NCBI GenBank assembly: GCA_002869615.1
Contig: PKUH01000095.1
Span: 70,039 to 134,038, forward strand
Origin: Desulfuromonas sp.
GTDB taxonomy: Bacteria > Desulfobacterota > Desulfuromonadia > Desulfuromonadales > UBA2294
Direction of reading: 5' to 3'
DNA: 64,000 nt
In this document: in pieces, positions 9,457 to 18,974 of the stretch
How the letters are laid out: each line of letters opens with the position of its first letter
Position numbering within the stretch: the first letter of the stretch is position 1
The notes under the pieces: generated by a model
The model's input: only the letters and a program-made list of their open reading frames with translations
The model's database searches: none
Told to the model about the DNA's origin: nothing
Made by a program: the position numbers and the translations under genes

Positions 9457-10053
9457 CTAGTCCTGAATTCCTTGAGCCGTACTTTCCGTCACCAGCTTTG
9501 CATTGGTACCGGTTTCTGTCTCCGGCAATTCTTCGGCGAGATCACTGAACTCCTTGAGGGTTGGCAAAGCCGACAGATCACGCATGCCGAAAAACTCGAG
9601 AAATTCCTTGCTTGTCCCGTAAATCAGCGGTCGCCCCGGAACATCTTTTTTGCCGAGAATCCGGATCAGCTGTTTTTCGAGCAGTGTCTTGAACACGCCC
9701 CCGGAATCGACGCCGCGTAGATATTCGACTTCGGCCCGTGTCACCTGTTGACGATATGCGACAATAGCCAGTGTTTCCAGGGCGGCCCGGGAAAACCTGA
9801 ACGGTCTGCTTTTTATCAATTGCTGAATCACATCGGCACATTCCTGTCGCGTCCTGAACTGAAACCCTTCACTGACTTCCTCGAGCAAAATTCCGCGATC
9901 GGCATCGACGTATTCATTCTGGAGTTCCTGAAGAACCTGTTTGACGTCACTCTTTTTCATCTCGAGAATCTCGGCGATCCGGTCAACCTTGATCGGCGAT
10001 TCTGAAACAAAGACCAGCGCTTCGATGTTTTTCCTGATATCAGATGTAGCCAA
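9457..10053 (-). CDS. scpB: Segregation and condensation protein B
   Basis: IEALVFVSESPI, LEEV..GFQFRT and PGRPLIYGTSKEFLEFFG motifs. The track ORF extends to 10125. I prefer the TTG at 10053, preceded by GGAGAGGA, which overlaps the scpA end by 14 nt. Confidence 0.88.
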   Translation of the reverse strand: MATSDIRKNIEALVFVSESPIKVDRIAEILEMKKSDVKQVLQELQNEYVDADRGILLEEVSEGFQFRTRQECADVIQQLIKSRPFRFSRAALETLAIVAYRQQVTRAEVEYLRGVDSGGVFKTLLEKQLIRILGKKDVPGRPLIYGTSKEFLEFFGMRDLSALPTLKEFSDLAEELPETETGTNAKLVTESTAQGIQD

Positions 10054-10810
10054 GACTTTCCTCTCCAAGGTCAAAAGGTGATATCTCGTCGTCGATAACA
10101 GCCGGATAGAGCCAGATATTTCCACAGCGGCTATTCTGCATCAGGCGGACCATCCTTAGCCGTACCAGTTCGAGCATGGCCAAAAACGTAACAACAATTA
10201 TCGACCGATCCGGCTTTTCTTCAAAGACATCGAGAAAAGAGAGGCTCTCTTTGCCGGAAAGCAGGCTCAGAATTGAGTTAATCCTGTCGGCAACGGTCAA
10301 TCGTTCGATATTGACTTCATGAATATAGGGATCGGATGTTTCCTTTAAAAGCTTCTGGAAAGCATCGACCAGTTCAAAGATCCCGACAGCGATCATCTCC
10401 TCACCTTCTTCCGAGACAACCAGCTCACGCGCCGGGAATTTGCGGGCGAAAACATCGCGCTGCAGCCGCGGCATGGCATCAAACTGTGCCCCGGCCTCCT
10501 TGTACTTCTGGTACTCGAGCAGCCTTCTCACCAGTTCGGCCCGCGGATCAAGTTCTTCTTCATCTCCTTCTTCTTCATCATGCACCGGCAACAGTAATTT
10601 TGATTTGATATGGAGAAGAGTCGCGGCCATCAACAGAAACTCGCCGGCAACATCGAGATTGAGGCTTTTCATGGCATCGAGTATCGAGAGATATTGGTCG
10701 GTAATTGCCGCGACCTGGATATCGTAGATATCCATTTCATTCTTCTTGATCAGGTGGAGCAGAAGATCGAGCGGTCCTTCAAAATTCTCTATTTTTATTT
10801 CGTATGCCAT
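10040..10810 (-). CDS. scpA: Segregation and condensation protein A
   Basis: 256 aa. FEGPLDLLLHLIKKNEMDIYDIQVAAITDQYL is the canonical ScpA N-terminus. Confidence 0.92.
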   Translation of the reverse strand: MAYEIKIENFEGPLDLLLHLIKKNEMDIYDIQVAAITDQYLSILDAMKSLNLDVAGEFLLMAATLLHIKSKLLLPVHDEEEGDEEELDPRAELVRRLLEYQKYKEAGAQFDAMPRLQRDVFARKFPARELVVSEEGEEMIAVGIFELVDAFQKLLKETSDPYIHEVNIERLTVADRINSILSLLSGKESLSFLDVFEEKPDRSIIVVTFLAMLELVRLRMVRLMQNSRCGNIWLYPAVIDDEISPFDLGEESLGYI

Positions 10811-11494
10811 CTACATACTACCAAACAGAAAACGCATGGACTGATTAACGACCACGGCCTGTTGCCCGGCCATGACACCGACAATTGCAAATATAATCGG
10901 GCCGAGTACGGCTGACCAGATGTTGGTGTAGAAGATAACGATCAACAGAACAATGAATCCGAAAGGTTCAATTTTGGACAGGAATGCCGCCTGCTTCGGC
11001 GGTAGCAGACCGCTCAGCACCATGCCTCCATCGAGCGGCGGAATCGGAATCATATTAAAAACAGCCAGAATGATATTGATATATAACCCGAAACCGGCCA
11101 TCAGGCTGATCGGCTCAACAATCATTGTCATCTGTGTCGAGACACGGTCTTCAGGAATCAGGGCCAGACCATGCAGCAAAAGAGCAAAAAGCCCGGCCAG
11201 AAAAAGATTGCTGGCAGGGCCGGCGAGGGCAACAGCGATCATCCCCTTTTTCGGCTGCTGCATGTTTCCGAAATTAACCGGCACCGGCTTGGCCCAGCCG
11301 AAGCCGAAAAAAAGAACCGCCAGCGTTCCGATCGGATCGAGATGCTTGATCGGATTGAAGGTCAAGCGGCCGAGCAGTCTCGCTGTCGGATCACCGAGTT
11401 TATCTGCAATATAACCATGAGAAACTTCGTGTACGGTCACCGCCAACAGAGCCGGAACCAGCATGATTGAAATCTTAGAAAGAATACTTTCCAT
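10811..11494 (-). CDS. Site-2 protease family (peptidase M50) membrane metalloprotease
   Basis: 227 aa. HEVSHG zinc motif, multiple hydrophobic spans, and a second NMIPIPPLDGG motif. Confidence 0.85.
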   Translation of the reverse strand: MESILSKISIMLVPALLAVTVHEVSHGYIADKLGDPTARLLGRLTFNPIKHLDPIGTLAVLFFGFGWAKPVPVNFGNMQQPKKGMIAVALAGPASNLFLAGLFALLLHGLALIPEDRVSTQMTMIVEPISLMAGFGLYINIILAVFNMIPIPPLDGGMVLSGLLPPKQAAFLSKIEPFGFIVLLIVIFYTNIWSAVLGPIIFAIVGVMAGQQAVVVNQSMRFLFGSM

Positions 11495-11611
11495 TTATCC
11501 CGCGCAGTTGAATGTGGAAGTGCAAGTCATGTGTCTTTGTAGCAGATCGATTCGACACAAGTCAATGTCCGTCGACACAGTTGCTGAATCTCGAAAACGC
11601 TGCAAAAAAAA

Positions 11612-14254
11612 TCACGCGTCGATAAACTTTGCGTACTTTTTTTTAACAAGACTGATTTCCTCTTCACGGTTCGCAACGCGACCGTCAAGACGGGCATCAA
11701 GAAGTGTATCGAGAATTTTCTTATAATGCGGCCCGGCGCTGATTCCCAATTGCAGAAGATCGTCACCCCGCAATTTTGTTTTTACAGTCCGCAGCTGTAT
11801 ATAATATTCCGAAACCCACTGACGCACCTCATCGGGGTCACAGAGGGTCATGAGATAAAGCAATGTTTCGACCGACAATGGTTTGAGCCAATGAAAAATT
11901 TCACTGTTTTTCGGCCGGAGCGCTTTCCGGTGCCGCCTGAGCAGATGCCGATATACATCGTGAGCGATTTTCCTCTCCTCGCAAAAAATCCTGCTGATTT
12001 TTGGCGGAACGCCGAGTCGGTCAGAAAACTCACGGACATGTTTGCCCGTTATTTCGCTCAGCAGGCAGAGGAAATAGATAATCCATGAACGGCATGGCTC
12101 ACCGGTGTAAAGCAATTCGTACCAATCAATTGCGCGGCCGGCTTCATAAAATCGGAGCTCAACTGCATCGCTCCATTTCAAAGATTTGTGAAGACAGGTC
12201 AACAGTCCAAACTCGGACATTCGGTGAACGGAAAGGATCGGATCAGGTTCCTTGAAGATAATCACCAGTTCATTATAGACGCGCGGTCCGGCTACTTTAT
12301 CGACGAACCCCATGCGGACAGCGCTGCGCAAAAGGGATTCAGTGTGGCGCCCGAGACGGAAACCGAGCCGTTGTTCGAACCGGATTGCCCGGAAGACCCT
12401 GGTCGGATCTTCAACGAAGCTGAGATTATGCAACACCCGGATCGCCTGCTGTTGAAGATCTCGTTGCGCCTGATAGTAATCGAGCAGTTCGCCGAAATCA
12501 TCCGAATTAAGGGAGACCGCCAGAGTATTGATTGTGAAATCACGACGATAAAGATCGAGCTTGATTGATGCATGCTCAACATCAGGCAACGCCCCGGGCT
12601 CGACATAGTACTCCATTCGGGTTGAAGCGATATCAATCTTGAAGTCATCCGGGAAAACCACTACCGCCGTCCCAAACTTTGCATGCGAACGGACCCGGCA
12701 ATCCCGACCTTCTGCAAACGATTTGGCAAAGCTGATACCATCTCCTTCGACGACAATATCGATATCGAGATTCTTTTTGCGTAACAGCATATCGCGGACA
12801 AAACCGCCGACGGCGTAAGCCTTGACACCGGCGACTTCGGCACACTCACCGAGTTCCCTGAGCAGAAGAAAAATCCGTGCTGGCAACTGCGACTTCAACA
12901 ATTTAACCAGCTGTTTTTTCCGGAGAGAATGCTGGCCCCGACCCTCGTCGTTCCTCGACATAACCCGGCCGTCAGTGACCAGATGCCTGAACAGATCGGT
13001 CCGGGTGATCACACCGATCAAATCACCCTGATCAACAACCGGGACAATCCGTTGACCGGACCCGATGATCATCTCCTGCAGGCTATCCATCGATACATCC
13101 GGCCCGACGGATTCAATGTCGCTGCTCATATAGTCGCGAACCGGTTCCGAGGCAAGGGCATGATGAACGGCCTTGTCGACAACCTGCCGGGTAATCACCC
13201 CGGCGACATCCTCTTGATCCAGTACCGGCAGGGCATTCAGATTATAGCGGGTCATGATTTTACGGGCATCACTGATCCTGTCATCGGCATTGATGGTCTT
13301 GGCCGGTGTTGACATCAGATGGCGTCCCTGCCATTGCGGATTGACATGTTTTTGCAAAACAACCGGAATTTTTTCAAGAATCTGGACAAGCGTCATGTCA
13401 CGTACCGTCCCGGAAGAGGCAAAGGAGTGTCCGCCACCACCGAATTCACCGAGAATCTCGCCAACGTGAACTTCCGGTATCCGCGAGCGGCCAACCATGA
13501 AGATCCGGTCACCCATTCTGACGGCGATGATCAGGGCATCGAGGTTTTCCATATCTTTCAATTTATGGGCAAGTACAGCCAGATCACCGACAAAATAATC
13601 GGTCGAAGCATGGGTTATGGAGATATCGATGCCATTGGCTGTCAGGACAGTATGATTCTGGAGCAGGTCATTAAGAAGAGAAACCTGGTCTGCCGTCAAT
13701 TCCTGGGTCAGAAAATCAGCAACGGCATTAAGATTGGCGCCACAGGAAAGGAGAAACGCCGCAGCCTGATAGTCCTGTTCCGTAGTCGAGTTGAATAGCA
13801 GGCTGCCAGTGTCTTCATAGAGCCCGAGCATCATCAGGGTCGCCTCGTCGGCGTCAGGGCGGATTCCCTTCTCCATGAAGATACGGGCAAAAATGGTGAC
13901 CGTCGCACCGACCGAATCGAGTTCCGTCAGCTCGGCCTTGAGAGATGTATCAGCCGGATGATGATCATAAACATGGATTTCGACATCGCCCCGTCTCGCA
14001 ACATCGGCAAAAGGGCCGATCCGGTCGACCTGACTGACATCGACCAGGATCAGACGCGTGATCCGGTCAAAATCTATATCCTTGATTTTCTTGAAATTAT
14101 AGGCGTAGACCGTACTCTGCAGAAAGAATTCCCTGAGGTTCTTTTCCTGGGCTCCGGGGAACACCATCTCGGCATGCGGATAGAGTTTCTTCGCCGCGAT
14201 CATTGCGCCGAGACAATCAAAATCGGCATTTATGTGGGTAGTTATGACGTCCAT
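11612..14254 (-). CDS. DHH/DHHA1 phosphoesterase - CBS pair - class II tRNA nucleotidyltransferase/poly(A) polymerase fusion protein
   Basis: 880 aa. DHH motifs (HINADFDCLG, VYDHHP, GGGGH), tandem CBS region (LMSTPAKTI...VVDQGDLIGVITRTD), then a nucleotidyltransferase head (AVGGFVRDMLLRKKNLDIDIVVEG, RRDFTINTLA). Confidence 0.85.
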   Translation of the reverse strand: MDVITTHINADFDCLGAMIAAKKLYPHAEMVFPGAQEKNLREFFLQSTVYAYNFKKIKDIDFDRITRLILVDVSQVDRIGPFADVARRGDVEIHVYDHHPADTSLKAELTELDSVGATVTIFARIFMEKGIRPDADEATLMMLGLYEDTGSLLFNSTTEQDYQAAAFLLSCGANLNAVADFLTQELTADQVSLLNDLLQNHTVLTANGIDISITHASTDYFVGDLAVLAHKLKDMENLDALIIAVRMGDRIFMVGRSRIPEVHVGEILGEFGGGGHSFASSGTVRDMTLVQILEKIPVVLQKHVNPQWQGRHLMSTPAKTINADDRISDARKIMTRYNLNALPVLDQEDVAGVITRQVVDKAVHHALASEPVRDYMSSDIESVGPDVSMDSLQEMIIGSGQRIVPVVDQGDLIGVITRTDLFRHLVTDGRVMSRNDEGRGQHSLRKKQLVKLLKSQLPARIFLLLRELGECAEVAGVKAYAVGGFVRDMLLRKKNLDIDIVVEGDGISFAKSFAEGRDCRVRSHAKFGTAVVVFPDDFKIDIASTRMEYYVEPGALPDVEHASIKLDLYRRDFTINTLAVSLNSDDFGELLDYYQAQRDLQQQAIRVLHNLSFVEDPTRVFRAIRFEQRLGFRLGRHTESLLRSAVRMGFVDKVAGPRVYNELVIIFKEPDPILSVHRMSEFGLLTCLHKSLKWSDAVELRFYEAGRAIDWYELLYTGEPCRSWIIYFLCLLSEITGKHVREFSDRLGVPPKISRIFCEERKIAHDVYRHLLRRHRKALRPKNSEIFHWLKPLSVETLLYLMTLCDPDEVRQWVSEYYIQLRTVKTKLRGDDLLQLGISAGPHYKKILDTLLDARLDGRVANREEEISLVKKKYAKFIDA

Positions 14255-14291
14255 AGCCGGCGACGCTCCCGCAAAGGGACGACAGCCGGCG

Positions 14292-15233
14292 TCAAACCTG
14301 CAGGCTGCCGATCACTTCAGTGATATTCTGAAAACCTTCTTCGATACAGAACTGTTCGATTCCCTCGATCACGGTAATCATTGCCGCCGGGTCAACAAAA
14401 TTGGCAGTACCGACCTGAACCGCCGTGGCTCCGGCAATCAGAAATTCCAATGCATCCATGGCACAGACGATACCGCCTACACCGATGACCGGAATTTTAA
14501 CACTTTGCACAACCTGATGCACCATGCGGACGGCAATCGGCCGGATCGCCGGGCCGGAGAGGCCACCCGTTTTGTTTGCCAGTCGCGGCTTGCGCGTATG
14601 AATATCGATCGACATACCGGTCATGGTGTTGATGCAGCTGATCGCATCAGCGCCGGCCTCTTCGACAGCACGGGCAATCACCGTGATATCGGTAACATTC
14701 GGCGTCAACTTGACAATCAGCGGCTTCTTAAGATTTTTACGCACCAACTTAACGACCTCACTCGCTGCCAGGGGGTCGGTTCCGAAAACGATTCCCCCGG
14801 CCTTGACATTCGGACACGAAATATTAAGTTCGGCCCCGGCGATAACATCAATATCGTTGAGCCGGGCAGCAACCTCACCATACTCCTCGAGAGTATTGCC
14901 AAAAAAATTGACGATCGTCGGGGTGTTAACTGACTGCAAGAAAGGCGTTTTGTGCCTGATGAAGGCATCGACACCGACATTCTGCAAACCAATCGCATTG
15001 AGCATACCGCTTATTGTTTCGGCGATCCGTGGCGTCGGGTTGCCAGCTTTCGGTTTCAGGGAGAGTCCCTTGGTGACAATAGCGCCTATCTTCTCGAGGT
15101 CGATAAAGGGCTCGTATTCTTCACCATAACCGAAGGTACCGGATGCCGGCATGACCGGATTACGCAGTTTAATTCCGGCAATGTCCACTGAGAGATCGGG
15201 GCGACTTACTTTGATATCAGCTTTACTGGTCAT
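14292..15233 (-). CDS. pyrD: Dihydroorotate dehydrogenase B, catalytic subunit (class 1B)
   Basis: LRNPVMPASGTFGYG, NISCPN and GIGGI-like motifs. The start at MTSKAD (15233) gives a TGATG junction with the pyrK stop. Confidence 0.93.
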   Translation of the reverse strand: MTSKADIKVSRPDLSVDIAGIKLRNPVMPASGTFGYGEEYEPFIDLEKIGAIVTKGLSLKPKAGNPTPRIAETISGMLNAIGLQNVGVDAFIRHKTPFLQSVNTPTIVNFFGNTLEEYGEVAARLNDIDVIAGAELNISCPNVKAGGIVFGTDPLAASEVVKLVRKNLKKPLIVKLTPNVTDITVIARAVEEAGADAISCINTMTGMSIDIHTRKPRLANKTGGLSGPAIRPIAVRMVHQVVQSVKIPVIGVGGIVCAMDALEFLIAGATAVQVGTANFVDPAAMITVIEGIEQFCIEEGFQNITEVIGSLQV

Positions 15234-16087
15234 CACGCACACCCTCCACCCGGCATATCGGATTCGCCGATAGCATCCCAGTCGAGCCGTTCAGCCTGGA
15301 AAACCGGACCAACCTTGCAGGTACAGAGATAGCTCGGATTCTCCTCCGTGTGGCCGGCGCCTTTAACAACGCAGCCGAGGCAGGCACCAACACCGCAAGC
15401 CATGAATTCTTCGAGCGACACCTGTAGTGCGACCTTGTACTCAGTGCAGATTTTATTTACTGCTTTCAGCATCGGTGTCGGGCCGCAGGCAAAAACCTCG
15501 GCTTCCGGATATTTAGTCAGCTTGCGCTCCAGCACCCGGGTGACCAGCCCTTCCTCTCCGAGGCTGCCGTCATCCGTCGACACATATGTTTCAACACCGA
15601 GGCGTTCAAATTCAGTCACCGCCAGGATATCGTCCCGGGTCCGGCCACCCATCAACAAGCGCACACTGTATTTCCCGACAAGTTCACTGGCCAGCATAAA
15701 CAGCGGCACCAACCCGATGCCGCCGCCGACCAGGATCTTCTCCTTTTTTACCGGATTTTCCTTAAACCCCTTACCGAGCGGACCAAGCAGCTCGACATGG
15801 TCCCCCTCATGCAGCGCGGCCATGATTGTCGTTCCCCGGCCAGCTACCTTGTAAAGAATTTCAACATACTCCTTGGGTGGCAAGCCTTCACAGTCTGGCG
15901 GCAGAAAACCGACCTTGAACACCCCGAACGGGCGACGCAACAGGGGTGGCAGAGACCGCTGCACCCGGAACATCAGAAATTGGCCGGCGGTTGCCTTTGC
16001 CCCGAAGCCGGGAGCGAGTATCCGCATCCGAAAATAGCCGGGAGAAATCTCCTGGTTCGAGAGGATAATGGTTTTGAAATTCTTCAT
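15233..16087 (-). CDS. pyrK: Dihydroorotate dehydrogenase B, electron-transfer (FAD/2Fe-2S) subunit
   Basis: 284 aa. RRPFGV flavin motif, GGGIGLVPL, and a C-terminal Cys cluster MACGVGACLGCV. Confidence 0.9.
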   Translation of the reverse strand: MKNFKTIILSNQEISPGYFRMRILAPGFGAKATAGQFLMFRVQRSLPPLLRRPFGVFKVGFLPPDCEGLPPKEYVEILYKVAGRGTTIMAALHEGDHVELLGPLGKGFKENPVKKEKILVGGGIGLVPLFMLASELVGKYSVRLLMGGRTRDDILAVTEFERLGVETYVSTDDGSLGEEGLVTRVLERKLTKYPEAEVFACGPTPMLKAVNKICTEYKVALQVSLEEFMACGVGACLGCVVKGAGHTEENPSYLCTCKVGPVFQAERLDWDAIGESDMPGGGCA

Positions 16088-16124
16088 TGCAGACCCTTTT
16101 TTTCCGTCAAACGTGAAACATCAT

Positions 16125-16589
16125 CTATTGATCAAAATCGAGTAACATCAGAAGCGCATCTTCATTATCCGAATAGTACCTCGGCCGGACGCCGGTGATA
16201 GAAAACCCGAATTTGAGATATAACTGACGGGCAGGAAAATTCCCCTTGCGCACTTCCAGGAAAACCTTTGCGACTCCTTCGTTCCTGGCATTGAGCAATG
16301 CATGATCCAGAAGTTGTGCCGCATAGCCACGACGCTGCTCGGCCGGAGCCGTCGCGACGTCCTGTATCTGCATCTCGTCAGCGACAATCCAGGCGCATAT
16401 AAAAGCGGCGATCCGGCCATCAGCAATAAGCAAATCGAACCGGGAGGCCGGGTTCTCCAGTTCGGCGCGGAACTGGGCAACTGTCCAGGGGCTCGGATTT
16501 GTCAGCTGTTCGATATTGGCAATTGTTGCAATATCTTGTACCGATAATCGACGAATCTCGGTAACCGGAATCGGACCCTCCATAAACAA
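16125..16589 (-). CDS. rimI: Ribosomal-protein-alanine N-acetyltransferase (GNAT)
   Basis: 154 aa. GNAT core QRRGYAAQLL with a RimI-like N-terminus (I..IE....PW). Confidence 0.8.
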   Translation of the reverse strand: MFMEGPIPVTEIRRLSVQDIATIANIEQLTNPSPWTVAQFRAELENPASRFDLLIADGRIAAFICAWIVADEMQIQDVATAPAEQRRGYAAQLLDHALLNARNEGVAKVFLEVRKGNFPARQLYLKFGFSITGVRPRYYSDNEDALLMLLDFDQ

Positions 16590-16689
16590 ACAGATCTGAA
16601 CAGGCAGTTTTTATTACCAACAAGGCGTACATAATAAGTCACATCGACCGTTTCGTAAAGAATTTACTCCGGCTTTTCCGACTTAGACA

Positions 16690-16718
16690 TTGACAAGGCC
16701 CATGGGTTGATTTATTAA
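16690..16718 (+). promoter_or_regulatory. Candidate sigma70 promoter for the purM operon
   Basis: TTGACA (16690-16695), a 17-nt spacer, then TATTAA (16713-16718). AAGGAG lies 5 nt before the TTG start at 16748. Confidence 0.55.
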
Positions 16719-16747
16719 ATGTGCAAGCTGCTGAAAAGGAGTAAAAT

Positions 16748-17797
16748 TTGGCTGACAACAATAAAACAACCTACAAGGATGCCGGCGTTGACATCGATGC
16801 CGGCAATCGTTTTGTTCAGATGATCAAGCCGCTGGTCAAGGCGGCGTCACGACCGGAAGTGATGACCGATATCGGTGGATTCGGCGGTCTGTTTTCTCTG
16901 AACACCGACAAGTACAAAAATCCAACCCTGGTTTCCGGGACTGACGGTGTCGGCACCAAGTTGAAGCTCGCCTTCTTGATGGACAAGCACGACACGGTCG
17001 GCATCGACCTGGTCGCAATGTGTGTCAACGATATCATCGTTCAGGGCGCCGAGCCCCTTTTCTTCCTTGATTACCTGGCCACCGGCAAACTCGCACCGGA
17101 AAAAGCGTCTGACATCGTCAAGGGCATCTCCGAGGGTTGCATCCGTTCCGGTTGTGCCCTGATCGGAGGCGAAACGGCTGAGATGCCCGGCATGTACAGC
17201 GCCGGCGAATACGATCTGGCTGGCTTCACCGTCGGCGTCGTCGATCGCGACAACATTATTGATGGATCGAACATTACCGTCGGCGACCGGGTGATCGGCA
17301 TTGGTTCAAGCGGTCTGCATTCGAACGGATATTCGCTGGCACGCAAGGTTCTGCTTGAAAAAATGAACCTGCCGTTGGACCAGCCGACCGGAGACCTCGA
17401 ACGAAATCTCGGTGAGGAGCTTCTCGAACCGACCCGCATCTATGTAAAAACTGTTCTGAACCTGCTTCGCGATTTCAACATCAAAGGGATGGCCCACATC
17501 ACCGGTGGCGGCTTGATAGATAACGTTCCCCGGGTCCTGCCCGACAACTGTCGCGCTATCATACATAAAAACAGCTGGGAGATTCCCGCCATCTTCAACC
17601 TGATTCGCGAAGGCGGCAACATTGACGAGCTCGAAATGCTCCGGACCTTCAATTGCGGCATCGGCATGGTCCTGATCGTGCCGAAAGAAGAAAGCGAAGA
17701 TGTCCTTGGCCGACTGTCCGGTCTCGATGAAAAGGCATGGCTGATCGGCGAAATCGACCAGATCGATAACGGAGAGCAGGTCGCGCTCATCGATTAA
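16748..17797 (+). CDS. purM: Phosphoribosylformylglycinamidine cyclo-ligase (AIR synthetase)
   Basis: 349 aa. [27 protein letters not shown] and HITGGG motifs. Confidence 0.95.
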   Translation: MADNNKTTYKDAGVDIDAGNRFVQMIKPLVKAASRPEVMTDIGGFGGLFSLNTDKYKNPTLVSGTDGVGTKLKLAFLMDKHDTVGIDLVAMCVNDIIVQGAEPLFFLDYLATGKLAPEKASDIVKGISEGCIRSGCALIGGETAEMPGMYSAGEYDLAGFTVGVVDRDNIIDGSNITVGDRVIGIGSSGLHSNGYSLARKVLLEKMNLPLDQPTGDLERNLGEELLEPTRIYVKTVLNLLRDFNIKGMAHITGGGLIDNVPRVLPDNCRAIIHKNSWEIPAIFNLIREGGNIDELEMLRTFNCGIGMVLIVPKEESEDVLGRLSGLDEKAWLIGEIDQIDNGEQVALID

Positions 17798-17808
17798 GTG
17801 AGGAAACC

Positions 17809-18468
17809 GTGAAGAAAAAGCTGCGCATAGGCGCTCTCGCTTCCGGCAGTGGAACCAACCTTCAGGCTATTATCGATCGTTGCGCCGATGGATCGATTGA
17901 TGCGGAGATTGTTTTACTGGTCTGTAATAATCCGGAAGCCGGCTGTCTGCAAAGAGCAGAAAAGGCCGGCATAGAAAGCGTCGTTATTGATCATCGCAGT
18001 TTTTCTGTGAGAGCTGATTTTGACCGGGCGATTGTCAGTGCACTCAAAGATGCCGGGGTCGAACTTGTTGTGCTGGCCGGATTCATGCGGATCGTCACCG
18101 AAACAATTCTCGATGAATTTCCAAACCGGGTAATGAATATCCACCCGGCCCTGTTACCGGCATTCCCCGGGTTGAATGTACAGAAAAATGCGATCGAATA
18201 TGGCGCCCGATTTTCCGGCTGCACCGTCCATTTTGTCGATGCCGGCGTCGATACCGGCCCGATCATTATTCAGGCGGTTGTGCCGATTCATGACAGCGAC
18301 AGCGAAGAGACCCTTTCCGCCAGAATACTCGCCCGTGAGCACCAGATTTATCCACGGGCGATTCAGCTTTTTGCCGATGGGCGGCTTAAACTCGTTGATC
18401 GCAGGGTTATCATTGACCCTCCACTGGCTGAGGTTGAAGCCGACATCATTAATCCGCCCCTGGCCTGA
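17809..18468 (+). CDS. purN: Phosphoribosylglycinamide formyltransferase
   Basis: 219 aa. ASGSGTNLQAII, VLAGFMRI, NIHPALLPAF and GCTVHFV motifs. Confidence 0.95.
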   Translation: MKKKLRIGALASGSGTNLQAIIDRCADGSIDAEIVLLVCNNPEAGCLQRAEKAGIESVVIDHRSFSVRADFDRAIVSALKDAGVELVVLAGFMRIVTETILDEFPNRVMNIHPALLPAFPGLNVQKNAIEYGARFSGCTVHFVDAGVDTGPIIIQAVVPIHDSDSEETLSARILAREHQIYPRAIQLFADGRLKLVDRRVIIDPPLAEVEADIINPPLA

Positions 18469-18476
18469 TACGCAAA

Positions 18477-18974
18477 ATGAAACAACCACCACGCCAACCT
18501 GTTCTTGTCAGCGCCTGTCTTCTCGGGCTCGATACTCGCTACAATGGCGTCTGCAAGAAAAACATGAATGTCCTCAACGTTCTTGCCCCGGAAACGTGGA
18601 CAATTATCCCGGTTTGCCCTGAGCAACTTGCCGGACTGCCAACACCGCGACCGGAGAGCGGATTTGCTGAAGGTGATGGCCAGGCTGTGTTGGCCGGCAC
18701 CGGTAGCGTCACAAACTTGGACGGGAGAAAAATAACCGATTACTTCATCAAGGGAGCAGAACAGACACTGCAAATTGCCAGACTGAACAACTGCAAGCTG
18801 GCGATCCTGAAAGAACGAAGCCCCTCCTGCGGCGTCCATCAGATCTACCGGAACAGGAAGACGACGACCGGACAAGGGGTCACAACGGCCATGTTGAGCA
18901 ACAACGGCATTACGGTATTCAATGAAGACGAACTGGACCGGTTCGTCAACAACAGCAACAGGAGTCATCAATAA
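18477..18974 (+). CDS. DUF523 (YbbK/TudS-like) Cys-rich protein
   Basis: 165 aa. VLVSACLLG....YNG, CPE..GLPTPR and ERSPSCG are the DUF523 signature cysteines. The stop abuts the next start (TAAATG). Confidence 0.8.
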   Translation: MKQPPRQPVLVSACLLGLDTRYNGVCKKNMNVLNVLAPETWTIIPVCPEQLAGLPTPRPESGFAEGDGQAVLAGTGSVTNLDGRKITDYFIKGAEQTLQIARLNNCKLAILKERSPSCGVHQIYRNRKTTTGQGVTTAMLSNNGITVFNEDELDRFVNNSNRSHQ

